From positions 1 through 59,796 of the IMG/VR virus record IMGVR_UViG_3300036773_000041: DNA of 59,796 nucleotides; one strand, 5' to 3'. A model generated the notes under the pieces. It ran no database searches. It worked only from the letters and a program-made list of their open reading frames with translations, and was not told the origin of the DNA. Source of the stretch: a virus. Taxonomy: Duplodnaviria > Caudoviricetes. The first letter of the stretch is position 1; every line of letters begins with the position of its first letter. The position numbers and the translations under genes are program-made. Positions 18,424-27,477 of this stretch are shown one piece after another.

Positions 18424-20127
18424 GTGGCGCCTACCCTGTCCGGTTCGTGGTTCGTATCTTCCGGTGGTGCCAACACCGCCACGCTGACCACGCCCGCGTT
18501 CACCCCGGCCACCGGGGACGTCATCATCCTCAAAGCCGGCAGCGAGGACAGCGCGGCAACACGCAGGCTGGGGGCGCCCTCGTCCACCGGCAGCACATTC
18601 TCGGCGTGGACGAAAGCCTGCGAGAACATCGTCGGCAGCAACACCTACGACGTGATCTACTACGCCACCGTCACCACTGGCGGCACCTCGTCCACGGTGT
18701 CGATCGCCGGGCCGTCCGGGGCATGCAGGCACTCCATGACCGTCGAGCAGTGGGCCGGCGCGCAACTCGCAGGCACCCCGGCGGTGTGCAACGCGGCCGG
18801 CGGGTCAGCACCATCCGGGACCGTTACGACCGTCGCCGCCAACTCTGTCGTGTCGTGGATGAACGGCGACTGGGCCGCGAACGACCCAGCAACCGCCGCC
18901 TACCGTTCCAGCGCCACCCAGGACGGTCTGGACGACCAGCACGCAGTCGGCGCGTATGTCGCCTACTACGCCTACCAAACCGCTGCATCGGCGGGCGCTC
19001 AAACCATCGGCCTGACCGCGCCGACCGGGCAAACGTCGTGGCTGCTCGGCATCGAGGTTCAGGCAGCATCGTCCGGCGGGACCGTCACAGCGACCGTCGT
19101 CCTGGCCGGCACAGGCTCTCTGAGCATCGCCGCGGTCGACACCATCCCGGGCGTCGTCACGATGGCTGGCGCCGGGACCCTCAGTGCCACATCCGCCATC
19201 ACACACTCAGCCACCGCGACCATGGCGGGCAACGGAACGCTCGCTGCCGTCTCGCCAATCGACACGATCCCCGCGGCCGTGACGATGGCCGGAGCCGGCG
19301 TGCTGGCCGCCGGTGGAACCGACACCATTCCCGCGTCGGTAAGCATGGCTGGGACGAGCACGCTCGCGGCAGCAACGGTCGACACGATCCCTGCCGGCGT
19401 GACGCTCGCCGGGGCGGGGACGCTCGCCGCGACGGCCCTGATCACGCACCCGGCCACCGTCCCGATGACCGGCGCGGGCACGCTGGCGGCCACCGGGACG
19501 GACACCATCCCAGGCACGGTCACACTCGCCGGGTCGGGCAGCCTGTCCGCAGTGATCGGTGGATCGGTCCCGGCCACCGTCACCCTGGCCGGTTCGGGTG
19601 CGCTCGCCGCCACGGCAACCGACACGACCCCTGCCCTGCTCACCATGGCCGGGGCTGGCACTCTCTCCGCAGCGATCGCCGGAACGGTCACCGCTTCGAT
19701 CGCGCTGGCCGGGGCGGGCACCCTCACCGTTACTGGCGCCGACATCATCCCTGCCGCAGTCGCGTTCACCGGCTCGAGCACCCTCTCCGTCACGCCAGGC
19801 ATCACCCACACCGCGGCCGTGACCATGACGGGCGCCGGGACGCTCGCCACCGCCGTTGCCGTCACCCGCGTGACCAGCATCGGCATGTCGGGCCTCGGCG
19901 CGCTCACCGTCATCGGCATCGACCAGATCGCGGCGCTCGCGCTCATGCAAGGCGTCGGCACCCTCACCGCGGTCGCCACCGTCGGGCCGCCCGGCCGGAA
20001 CCTGATCGCGTTCGCCGGGCCGGCAGTTACCCCCATGGCGGCCGCTGTCGCGGTCGTGCCCGCGTCCGCCGGACCCACAGCCGCACCGATGTCCGTCGGC
20101 GCAGCTGCCGCCACCATCACCGAGTAG
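18424..20127 (+). CDS. Fibre-like protein with 15 tandem 20-aa repeats
   Basis: N-terminal beta domain followed by TIPAxVTMAGAGTLAAxxxD repeats. Confidence 0.75.
   Translation: MAPTLSGSWFVSSGGANTATLTTPAFTPATGDVIILKAGSEDSAATRRLGAPSSTGSTFSAWTKACENIVGSNTYDVIYYATVTTGGTSSTVSIAGPSGACRHSMTVEQWAGAQLAGTPAVCNAAGGSAPSGTVTTVAANSVVSWMNGDWAANDPATAAYRSSATQDGLDDQHAVGAYVAYYAYQTAASAGAQTIGLTAPTGQTSWLLGIEVQAASSGGTVTATVVLAGTGSLSIAAVDTIPGVVTMAGAGTLSATSAITHSATATMAGNGTLAAVSPIDTIPAAVTMAGAGVLAAGGTDTIPASVSMAGTSTLAAATVDTIPAGVTLAGAGTLAATALITHPATVPMTGAGTLAATGTDTIPGTVTLAGSGSLSAVIGGSVPATVTLAGSGALAATATDTTPALLTMAGAGTLSAAIAGTVTASIALAGAGTLTVTGADIIPAAVAFTGSSTLSVTPGITHTAAVTMTGAGTLATAVAVTRVTSIGMSGLGALTVIGIDQIAALALMQGVGTLTAVATVGPPGRNLIAFAGPAVTPMAAAVAVVPASAGPTAAPMSVGAAAATITE
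19081..19983 (+). repeat. Degenerate 60-nt coding tandem repeat (15 copies)
   Basis: GACAC(C/G)AT(C/T)CC recurs at 19261, 19321, 19381 and 19501; 20-aa period in the translation. Confidence 0.85.
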
Positions 20128-20145
20128 AGAGCGGGTACCCACACC

Positions 20146-20487
20146 GTGTACGAGGCCCTCTCCGTGCTCACCTACGTGTTCGCGATCGACGCCGTGGAAG
20201 ACCTGTCGAGTGACCTGTTGAAGTTCGCGCTCGATAAGAATGTCCTGCCCGCAGGCGGCGGCGCCGCAGGCACCCACGTCGTGCCAGGCGCCGACCCGCT
20301 CCTCGACACATGGCTCGCCGGCCTCACCCCGAAGGCGCCGAAGAACATGACCCGCTACTGGTGGACGCTGCTCCTCGGCGCTGGCCAACCGGTGAGCCCC
20401 CAGCAGGGCACATCGCTGCTGTACGGCCGGCTCGTCGACGCCCCGAACCTGCCGATCTTCGACTGGCGGATCACGCTCCGCAACTAG
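20146..20487 (+). CDS. Hypothetical structural protein
   Basis: Last rightward gene before the terminator; LLLGAG...LYGRLVDAPNLP resembles small actinophage tail proteins. Confidence 0.5.
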   Translation: MYEALSVLTYVFAIDAVEDLSSDLLKFALDKNVLPAGGGAAGTHVVPGADPLLDTWLAGLTPKAPKNMTRYWWTLLLGAGQPVSPQQGTSLLYGRLVDAPNLPIFDWRITLRN

Positions 20488-20502
20488 CCCGCGCCGCAAC
20501 CT

Positions 20503-20554
20503 AAAGGCCGCCCCATCCGACCACACACACCTGGTCGGATGGGGCGGCTTTTTT
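20503..20554 (+). terminator. Intrinsic, probably bidirectional terminator
   Basis: 17-bp stem GCCGCCCCATCCGACCA/TGGTCGGATGGGGCGGC followed by T6, with AAA on the left; sits between convergent genes. Confidence 0.92.
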
Positions 20555-20579
20555 GCGTGCCCGGGGTCAGAACCAGTGC

Positions 20580-21353
20580 CTAGCCGACCTTGGTGAACGT
20601 GGCGTGCGTGATCACACCGAACGCCCCGCCACCGGTACCGGAGCGGTCAGGGTTGTATCCGAACGCGTCGAGTTCGGCGGTCGCCCCGGCGGCCGGGACA
20701 ACGATGGTGGCGTAGCCGGACGCGGTCTGCTCCAACCCGTTCGGGGTGCCATCGGCGGCCAGGCCGACACCCTCAGCGGCGTCCGCCGGGAACGCGCCCG
20801 TGTAGGCCGTCACCTGCTGCGCAAGGCCGTTGACCTGGATCTGCAGCACCGGCGTGGCATCGGTGTGGGCGGCCTTATAGAAGTCGCCCGTCACCGCCAC
20901 GAGGTAGGTGCCCGCGGCCAGGTCCTTGCTGCCCAGGTTCACGTGCCCCGCCGTCCAGGACCCGCCGATGGCCGGCAGGGTCGTGCCGGCGACGTCCACC
21001 GACGCCACGGTCGGGGCCGGGGCTGGGTCGCCCTGCGCTCCGGTCGGCCCGGCTGGACCCTGCGGGCCGGCAACGCCGCCGCCGTTCTGGTCCCAGGCGA
21101 ACCAGGCGTAGCCGGCCGGGCAGGTTGCGTGGCCGGACGTGTTCAGGTAGATCGCGTTGTTGTACAGGCGGCTGGAACCGTCACGCTTGACGCAGGCGTG
21201 AAAACCTAAGCCGTTCGAGTGGTAGGTCGGGTCGCTCGGCCCGGCCGACGCGGCGACACCGCCGAGGGTGACCGCGGCGATGGCTGCCGCCGCGAGTACT
21301 CCGACGATCAGCCGGCCCCGCAGAGTGCGGGACGGTGTGAGGTTGTGCTTCAA
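20580..21353 (-). CDS. Secreted collagen-motif protein (moron-like)
   Basis: GGAGAGG RBS before TTG 21353; signal peptide, FHACV...CPAG...WDQ, then GPQGPAGPTGAQGD. Confidence 0.7.
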   Translation of the reverse strand: MKHNLTPSRTLRGRLIVGVLAAAAIAAVTLGGVAASAGPSDPTYHSNGLGFHACVKRDGSSRLYNNAIYLNTSGHATCPAGYAWFAWDQNGGGVAGPQGPAGPTGAQGDPAPAPTVASVDVAGTTLPAIGGSWTAGHVNLGSKDLAAGTYLVAVTGDFYKAAHTDATPVLQIQVNGLAQQVTAYTGAFPADAAEGVGLAADGTPNGLEQTASGYATIVVPAAGATAELDAFGYNPDRSGTGGGAFGVITHATFTKVG

Positions 21354-21435
21354 CTGGGGTTCCTCTCCCTTGGTGGGGGCGCGCGGGAACATCCCGCACG
21401 CGGTTACGTCTGTGTGTCGGGTCGTGCTTGCGGGG

Positions 21436-21609
21436 TCAGCGGCGACGACCGAACCGGAACGACAGGCCGGGCAAGATCCGCACCCGGCCACCGCCACGCG
21501 AGTTGACCGTGACCCGGCCGACCCGCCGCGACACCGACGCGCCCGAGCGCGACACGTTCACCGCCGTGTTGTCGCCGACCTTGACCCGCTTACGGAAGAT
21601 CAGGCCCAT
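21436..21609 (-). CDS. DUF4236-like small basic protein
   Basis: MGLIFRKRVKVG...VNVSRSGASVS...PGLSF matches the DUF4236 pattern. Confidence 0.75.
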   Translation of the reverse strand: MGLIFRKRVKVGDNTAVNVSRSGASVSRRVGRVTVNSRGGGRVRILPGLSFRFGRRR

Positions 21610-21611
21610 GA

Positions 21612-21914
21612 TCAGCGTGCCCCGCTCGGTGTGGTGACGACGGTGACCTGTTGGATGTCGACCGGATGTTGGGTCGCGTGGACGCCGATCAGTGCGGCGA
21701 TGATGGCGACGCCGACGGCGATCTTCGCGTTGGCGCGCGCCCAGCAGAGGGTTCCGAGGAATGTGGCCGCGACCGCTGCGCCGAGACCGACGACTGTGGT
21801 GCCTGGCAGCGCGGCAAACACGACTGCGGCGAACGCGAGCGCGAGGCACAAGCTGCCGGCGGGGCGCGAGCAGATGGCCTGGTAGGTGAGCAACCATGGA
21901 GAACGCTTTGGCAT
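21612..21914 (-). CDS. Small membrane protein
   Basis: Several hydrophobic segments; start uncertain. Confidence 0.45.
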   Translation of the reverse strand: MPKRSPWLLTYQAICSRPAGSLCLALAFAAVVFAALPGTTVVGLGAAVAATFLGTLCWARANAKIAVGVAIIAALIGVHATQHPVDIQQVTVVTTPSGAR

Positions 21915-21959
21915 CTGCCCGTAGCGTAAAACCTGCGTCAAGTCTGGTGTCGGGTTTGC

Positions 21960-22168
21960 GCGGGGACTGCGGGGACACGGACGCCCGAGCAGGCCTGACA
22001 CCGCCCGACGCCACCCGAGCAACCCCCCGTATTTCCGGGGCTGCGCCGTTCCGGTCCAGCGTTCATGGGAGATTTCAGCGGGTTCGATTCCCGCCACCTC
22101 CACCGCTTTAGGTCCCATAATCCAGGGACTCTAGCACGGGCCCGGCCCTCGCGGGAACACGCGGGGAC
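21960..22168. other. attP site: core plus arm-type integrase repeats
   Basis: GCGGGGAC at 21960, 21969 and 22161, and GCGGGAAC at 22151, flank the core; adjacent to the integrase. Confidence 0.75.
22078..22104 (+). other. att core: 3' fragment of tmRNA (ssrA) or tRNA-Ala
   Basis: GCGGG-TTCGATT-CCCGC T-arm followed by CACCTCC-A-CC acceptor strand with U70 and discriminator A; no 5' half present. Confidence 0.85.
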
Positions 22169-22193
22169 TGGGCCCCGGCTATGCTGTCCCCCG

Positions 22194-23465
22194 ATGGCAA
22201 GCGTGGAGAAGCGAGAGAACAAGACGACAGGCCCGTCGTGGCGGGTGATCTGGCGTGAGAACGGGGACCGTCAGACCGAGCTGTTCCTCAGCGCGGAGGA
22301 GGCCGACCGGTTCCGTAACCTCGTCGAAGGGTCCGGCAACCAGTGGCCCCACGGATGGGTGAAAGGCCACGGGTTCACCGGCGCCGCGAAGACCGGCGCC
22401 GGGCTCACGTTCCGCGACTGGGCCGAGCAGGCGGTCACGCTCCGGACGAAGGCCACCGGCCGCACCCGGGCCGACTACCGCCGCGACCTCCGCCGCCACG
22501 TCTACCCGCACCTCGGGGCGCTACCGGTCGACGGCGTCACCGCCCGGGACGCCGTCAACTGGCTCGACAAGATGGTCGCCGCCGAGCTGGCCCCGAAGAC
22601 GATCTCCAACATCCACGGCCTCGTCTCCTCGATCATCGCCGACGGCATGTCACACCGCCCCCCGGTCTGCGACCACAACCCGTTCGCGTCCCGGCTCAAC
22701 GCACGGCCGGAGGTGCGGGTCGAGGAGATGGTGTTCCTCACCCCAGACGAGTTCGAGCTGTTCTACCGGCACATCCCGGCTTTCTACAAAGCGCTCACGC
22801 TGCTGCTGTGGGCGACCGGGCTGCGCTACGGGGAGGCGACCGCGCTGCGGGTCGGGGACCTGGTCCTCGACGGCAAGCGCCGCACCCTGACCGTGGTCCG
22901 GGCGTGGAAACGGCAAGACGGCGGCACCTACGAGATCGGTGAACCGAAGACGCGCCGCTCCAGGCGCACCCTGCCGCTGTCGCCGAAGCTCGCCGCCGCG
23001 CTGCGTCCGCTCGTGCGGGGCCGTCAGGCCGACGCCTACGTGTTCCCGGCCAAGGAGGGTGGGCAGCTGCTCAACTCGACGTTCCACGACGCGGCGTGGG
23101 TGCCTGCAGTCCGCCGTGCCCGCGTCTGCGACGAGCACCACGACGAGCAACGCAAGGCGTTCGACGAGGCCCGCGCCGCCCGGTCCGCTGCGCAGCGCGG
23201 CACTGGCCGGCGGATCCGGTTCGTGCCGGCGCCGTGCGCCTGCGAAGGGACGCTGACGAAGGAACCCCGGGTCCATGACATGCGGCATTCCCACGCGTCG
23301 CAGCTGATCGCCGAAGGGCTGCCGCTGCCGGTAATCTCCCGCCGGCTGGGCCACGCCTCGATCCAGGTGACGATCGACCGGTACGGGCACATGATGCCCG
23401 AGCTCGACGACGCGGTGAACGCCGCCGTCGACCGGGGCCTCGCCTGGCTGGACGAGGACGTTTAG
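22194..23465 (+). CDS. int: Tyrosine integrase
   Basis: TGLRYGE (R), PKT (K), HDMRH, RLGH and RY catalytic motifs; arm-binding N-terminus; TATGCT 8 nt before ATG suggests a leaderless transcript. Confidence 0.95.
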   Translation: MASVEKRENKTTGPSWRVIWRENGDRQTELFLSAEEADRFRNLVEGSGNQWPHGWVKGHGFTGAAKTGAGLTFRDWAEQAVTLRTKATGRTRADYRRDLRRHVYPHLGALPVDGVTARDAVNWLDKMVAAELAPKTISNIHGLVSSIIADGMSHRPPVCDHNPFASRLNARPEVRVEEMVFLTPDEFELFYRHIPAFYKALTLLLWATGLRYGEATALRVGDLVLDGKRRTLTVVRAWKRQDGGTYEIGEPKTRRSRRTLPLSPKLAAALRPLVRGRQADAYVFPAKEGGQLLNSTFHDAAWVPAVRRARVCDEHHDEQRKAFDEARAARSAAQRGTGRRIRFVPAPCACEGTLTKEPRVHDMRHSHASQLIAEGLPLPVISRRLGHASIQVTIDRYGHMMPELDDAVNAAVDRGLAWLDEDV

Positions 23466-23833
23466 ACGCGGCGGAACAGGTAGATGCCGCGCACGACACC
23501 CTTCGTGACCATGCCCTGCCCGGAGCCGAGCGCCCGGTTGGTGGTGGTGGCGCCCGTCTCGACGAACACGTACCCGGCGTGTTCCAGACGCCAGCCGACG
23601 TCCTCGATCTGCCCGAGCAGGTCCGGGCGCCCACCGGTGTGTTTGAGCCGGCCGGTGGAGGATCCGACGCTCGACGCGCCGGTCAGGTGGCTGATGTCGA
23701 GCTCAAGCTGGAAGAACCCGTCGCCGGATTCGTGGGCCGCCTCGGCCCGGCCGAGTGGGCTGGACGCGTAGGCGTCGGCTGCTTTCTGCTCGGCGCGCGC
23801 GGCGCGTTCCTCATCGCTTTTGAACAAGGCCAT
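23462..23833 (-). CDS. Hypothetical protein
   Basis: GGGGAAG RBS; LGQIEDVGWRLEHAGYVF...GIYLFRR. Confidence 0.65.
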   Translation of the reverse strand: MALFKSDEERAARAEQKAADAYASSPLGRAEAAHESGDGFFQLELDISHLTGASSVGSSTGRLKHTGGRPDLLGQIEDVGWRLEHAGYVFVETGATTTNRALGSGQGMVTKGVVRGIYLFRRV

Positions 23834-24045
23834 CGGTGCTTCCCCCGGGGCGGCTCGGTGCACGCGGGGCCGCGTGCGCGGGGTGAAGCATGCGCCAGTG
23901 TGTGACCGGTGTCTAGTGCCGCCGTGGAGGCACCCGGCAGGGGCGATAGGAACCGCGGGTCGATCGGGGGCGATAGACCGGAGCTCCTAGCAAATGCCCC
24001 TGCCGGGGCCGCTTCCGGGATGCAGCCGCCAGCGCCCTCCCGGGG

Positions 24046-24387
24046 TTACTGGTCGGCTGCGCCGCGTGCGATGAGCAGCAGCGTCGCCCGGGTCTTGAGG
24101 TCGATCCGGGGCCACAGGTCGACGAGCTGCTGTAGATCTTCGGGGAACCCTGATGGGCGTTTACCGCCGAGCATCCGGCGTAGTTCGCCTTTGGGCCATC
24201 TGAGTTCGGCGTCGATCGCGTCCAAGGTGGTGTCCTTGAAGTTGGCCCGCACGCCGAGCTCGAGGTTGCTGATCGTGGTGACGGAGACGCCGGCGGCTTT
24301 GGCGAAGCTGGCGATGGTGGTGTGCCCGGCGCGGCCTCGGGCGGCGCGGACTTGCCGCCCGACCCGCCTCGCCGTGGCTGTTGCCAT
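24046..24387 (-). CDS. XRE-family HTH regulator
   Basis: VRAAR...FAKAAGVSVTTISNLELG...TLDAIDAELRW. Confidence 0.85.
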   Translation of the reverse strand: MATATARRVGRQVRAARGRAGHTTIASFAKAAGVSVTTISNLELGVRANFKDTTLDAIDAELRWPKGELRRMLGGKRPSGFPEDLQQLVDLWPRIDLKTRATLLLIARGAADQ

Positions 24388-24571
24388 GCCCGGAGTTGAG
24401 CAGGGGTTACCGCGCGGCGCCCGTTAGACGCCGCTATTGGAATGATCTTGTAGCGTTTGGATGTCAAAACATGCTTTTCTTAGCGTGTCCTACACGGCAT
24501 GTCAATCGTTGGTTACGGTGGGTCGGGCGTGGCTGACCTTCTACGGGGGTTGCGCCCGACTCCGGGGGGAG

Positions 24572-24868
24572 CTACTTGCTTGCGACGGTTACTTCGTCGT
24601 CCCTGCGAGGGAGCGGGACGATAACGGGGCGCGCGATGTGACGTCCGCGCCGGTATCCGATCCGGTGTGATTCTGCGTGGCCGTGCAGAATCATCGACCG
24701 GGCGCGGCACTCGACGAATGCCGCGAGGAACAGAACAGCGCCGACGAGGCGCATGTCCGCTCCGGGTTTGCCGTTGCTCACGAGTCCTGCCGTGATGACG
24801 GCGACGCCGACCACTAGCGCGATGGGTCCTGCCCAACGGTGCTCGTAGCCAGCACGCACTAAGTGCAT
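24572..24868 (-). CDS. Small two-TM membrane protein
   Basis: AAGGGGG RBS; two hydrophobic helices; GYRRG motif. Confidence 0.6.
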   Translation of the reverse strand: MHLVRAGYEHRWAGPIALVVGVAVITAGLVSNGKPGADMRLVGAVLFLAAFVECRARSMILHGHAESHRIGYRRGRHIARPVIVPLPRRDDEVTVASK

Positions 24869-24961
24869 GACTTCCCCCCTTGCAGTTGTAGGTGGGGATA
24901 GCTAACACCCTTATAACGTGATGCGCCAGCTACTCTCCGGTGTTGATCTTTAACACGGGGC

Positions 24962-25252
24962 TTAGCTGGCGTTGCGTTGCGGCTCGTCGCCCTCTTGTGC
25001 GGCCTGCCGGGCGGTCTCCATGACGGCTCTGATGTCCAGGTCGAGGTAGCGGCAGACGGAATCCAACTCGTCGACACCCCACGGGACCGCACCGCTGAAC
25101 CGCTTCGACAGAAAGTTCTGTGCCCACCCGAAGCGGTCGGCGATGGCCTTCTGCTGGATCTGCCGACTGCCGATGACGCCTCGCAAATACGCCGCGAGGG
25201 CGGCGTTGAGGGCCGCTGCCTCCGGCGTTTGACGCTGCCGACCGCTGGTCAT
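24962..25252 (-). CDS. Immunity repressor (XRE HTH)
   Basis: QKAIADRFGWAQNFLSKRFSGAVPWGVDEL; divergent from the Cro-like gene; start is GTG 25255 or ATG 25252, 5-8 nt after TATGCT (leaderless). Confidence 0.8.
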   Translation of the reverse strand: MTSGRQRQTPEAAALNAALAAYLRGVIGSRQIQQKAIADRFGWAQNFLSKRFSGAVPWGVDELDSVCRYLDLDIRAVMETARQAAQEGDEPQRNAS

Positions 25253-25260
25253 CACTCCGA

Positions 25261-25360
25261 AGCATAGATATCCCGAACCGGGAAGGGCAAGCCCTGATAG
25301 GGAAAACTCGCCGGCTCTCCCTATTGACGAGCACATCCCTATTAAGGATAGACTCTCGCT
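25261..25360. promoter_or_regulatory. Divergent promoters with four TCCC-N5-GGGA operator-like boxes
   Basis: Rightward TTGACG(25324)-19 nt-TAGACT(25349)-6 nt-ATG; leftward TATGCT (25266-25261); boxes at 25271, 25291, 25318 and 25336. Confidence 0.75.
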
Positions 25361-25594
25361 ATGGCATCGAGGATCCCACCCAGGATCGCAACCCCCATCC
25401 GAGAGCGCCTGGCCCGACACGGTCTGCGACAGACCGACCTGGCCGAACGGCTGGGAGAGCGCCAGAACTGGGTCTCCAAGCGCCTCACCGGCGCCGTGCC
25501 GTTCCGCCTGGACGACCTCGAACGCATCGCCAAGGCCCTCGACACCAACGTCTCCGAGCTCTGCGGGGACGAGCTGGAAAGGCAGGTTGGCTGA
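25361..25594 (+). CDS. Cro-like HTH protein
   Basis: LRQTDLAERLGERQNWVSKRLTGAVPFRLDDLERIA. Confidence 0.88.
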   Translation: MASRIPPRIATPIRERLARHGLRQTDLAERLGERQNWVSKRLTGAVPFRLDDLERIAKALDTNVSELCGDELERQVG

Positions 25595-25950
25595 TGCCCC
25601 GCCACGACCGCTCCCACGGCGAGCACCACACGACCCGGCCCGGCGGCGGCAAGCTCACCCGCCGCACCCGCACCCCCGGCTCCGGCTACGACGCCGTGTA
25701 TCGCCGCGAGGACTGGCGCGTGCAGCCCACCACGGTGGCGCCAGCTCGCCGCGTGCCGGTGTTCGAGATGAGTTCACAGAGCCGCGCCGGCCTGCTCCAC
25801 GGCGCCGAGAAGGTGTCGGTGCTGGTCGAGATGAGCCGCAAGAACGGCTCCTCGACTAGGCCGCAGACGCCGAAGGCTCAACCCAAGGGCGGTTCCAAGC
25901 CCGCCGGCACGCCGCGGCCCAGGCCCACGCCGCAGCCAGCGAGCAAGTGA
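25594..25950 (+). CDS. Hypothetical protein
   Basis: TGATG coupling to the Cro-like gene; fills the operon gap. Confidence 0.45.
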   Translation: MPRHDRSHGEHHTTRPGGGKLTRRTRTPGSGYDAVYRREDWRVQPTTVAPARRVPVFEMSSQSRAGLLHGAEKVSVLVEMSRKNGSSTRPQTPKAQPKGGSKPAGTPRPRPTPQPASK

Positions 25951-26204
25951 TGACCGTGACCGAGCTCCCCACCTTCCACGGCTACGTCGAGGCTGCAGCG
26001 AAACTCACCGCCCACGGCCTGGACGTGTCCGTCTACTGGCTGCAGGACCACATCAAGGAACTGCCGCACACCCGGATCGCGGGCAAGGTGAAGTTCTCCG
26101 ACGCGCACCTCGCCGCGATCGTCGAGCAGCACACCCACACCCCGGCCGACCCGCGCGCGATCCGTCCCGCTGGCCCGTCCCGTCGACGCCGCGGCGGGGG
26201 GTGA
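25947..26204 (+). CDS. Excisionase-like winged-HTH protein
   Basis: LPHTRIAGKVKFSDAHLAAIV motif; early position after the Cro-like gene. Confidence 0.7.
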   Translation: MMTVTELPTFHGYVEAAAKLTAHGLDVSVYWLQDHIKELPHTRIAGKVKFSDAHLAAIVEQHTHTPADPRAIRPAGPSRRRRGGG

Positions 26205-26402
26205 TCCAGATGCGCAAGCTCTTGCTGCTTCTGCTGGCCCTGCTCCTCGACTGGTGGTGGTAGCCACCCCGCAGACCTCGGTGCTGGCGGGTTGACCGTC
26301 CCCGGCGGTCCCCGCCAGCACTGAGAAACAGCATCACCCGCACGTAGAGCGGGCGCCCGGAAGCCCCCGGACGCCCACCAACCACCCCCGCTAGGAGGGG
26401 CA

Positions 26403-26804
26403 ATGAGAACCGTAACCCAAACCGACGTGCGCCCGAACGAGGTGACGGCCGTGATCAACGCGTGGCCGCCCGCAGGCGTCATCAACCGAGTACTCCGTAA
26501 GCCCGGCTGGCACCGCGGCGCCGTCGCCGTCGTCGACCGGCCCGCCACGACCTACCAGCCGCGTCACTACGCGGCCGAGACCACGGGCTCCACGTTGCTG
26601 CCGCTGCTCGGCATGCTGACGCTCGGCATGCTCGCCGCCGCGCCGTCCGGGCCGTCCGGCGTCCAGAGCGCCGTGCTCGGCGCGCTGCAGAAGGCCCGCA
26701 ACCTGTACGGCGGCACGGTCTCCCCTGAGACCGTCGCACGGCGCCGCGCGAAGAACCGCACCGCTCGCCGCTCCCGCGCCATCAACCGCCGGCGGTCCTC
26801 ATGA
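26403..26804 (+). CDS. Hypothetical protein
   Basis: AGGAGG RBS; LYGGTV...RRRAKNRTARRSR. Confidence 0.6.
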   Translation: MRTVTQTDVRPNEVTAVINAWPPAGVINRVLRKPGWHRGAVAVVDRPATTYQPRHYAAETTGSTLLPLLGMLTLGMLAAAPSGPSGVQSAVLGALQKARNLYGGTVSPETVARRRAKNRTARRSRAINRRRSS

Positions 26805-27181
26805 CCGCGACCGTCACACCGATCGCGCCGGAAGGTTCCAACGCCTGGTGGATGAGCCCGCACCCGGACTCCGAGCTCGCCGCGTCGATCGAGAAGTTCA
26901 TCGCCGCCCACGGTGAGGACGCCTGGATCGAGGTCCGGTGGCTGTACCGCGCCGCCGGCAAGGACGAGACCCACGCGTTCGTCGACGACGCCGTGGACCA
27001 CATGCACCGCCGCGACACCTGGTTGCACGACCCCCGCCACGCGTCGGACCTGTACGACGACATCCCGCCGCAGCCCGGCTGCCTCTACCACTGGTCCGAG
27101 CTGCAGGCCGAAGCCGAAGAGCAGCAGCTACGCGACCTGATCCTCGGCTGGGTCCGCAGCCACGAAGCGAGCCGGCCATGA
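26801..27181 (+). CDS. Hypothetical protein
   Basis: ATGA overlaps at both ends. Confidence 0.6.
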   Translation: MTATVTPIAPEGSNAWWMSPHPDSELAASIEKFIAAHGEDAWIEVRWLYRAAGKDETHAFVDDAVDHMHRRDTWLHDPRHASDLYDDIPPQPGCLYHWSELQAEAEEQQLRDLILGWVRSHEASRP

Positions 27182-27477
27182 CCGCGCCCACGGTGGAGCG
27201 GCCGAGCGTGGACGTGCGGGCCCGGCAGGCGGTGCTGACCCAGTACCGCAAGGACCGGCGTCGCAAGCTCCCGCATGACGTGATCGTGGAGCGGCGCGAC
27301 TCGTGGGCGCTGTATGTGGCCAGCGCACTGGCCGAGGGCGGCCCCGAAGGTGTCAGCGAGTTCGCGCTCCGGTGTTTCGCGGTCGCTGACGAGTACGAGC
27401 GGCAGGTCTGGGCGAAGTGGATGGCTAAAGAGCGCCCGAACTTCTGGCGCAGCGGCAAGCTCGGCGGTGCGTCGTGA
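27178..27477 (+). CDS. Hypothetical protein
   Basis: Coupled start/stop. Confidence 0.55.
   Translation: MTAPTVERPSVDVRARQAVLTQYRKDRRRKLPHDVIVERRDSWALYVASALAEGGPEGVSEFALRCFAVADEYERQVWAKWMAKERPNFWRSGKLGGAS

Noticed and set aside
8960-20487. Diversity-generating retroelement acting on tail genes
   Set aside because: No reverse transcriptase motif or TR/VR repeat pair was seen.
22020-22104. Complete tRNA or tmRNA gene
   Set aside because: Only the T-arm and 3' acceptor strand are present; no complementary 5' strand was found upstream.
25261-25360. Self-target of the array NN strings in the immunity region
   Set aside because: A quick by-eye gapped comparison of unit 6 gave no match; a genome-wide computational search is needed.
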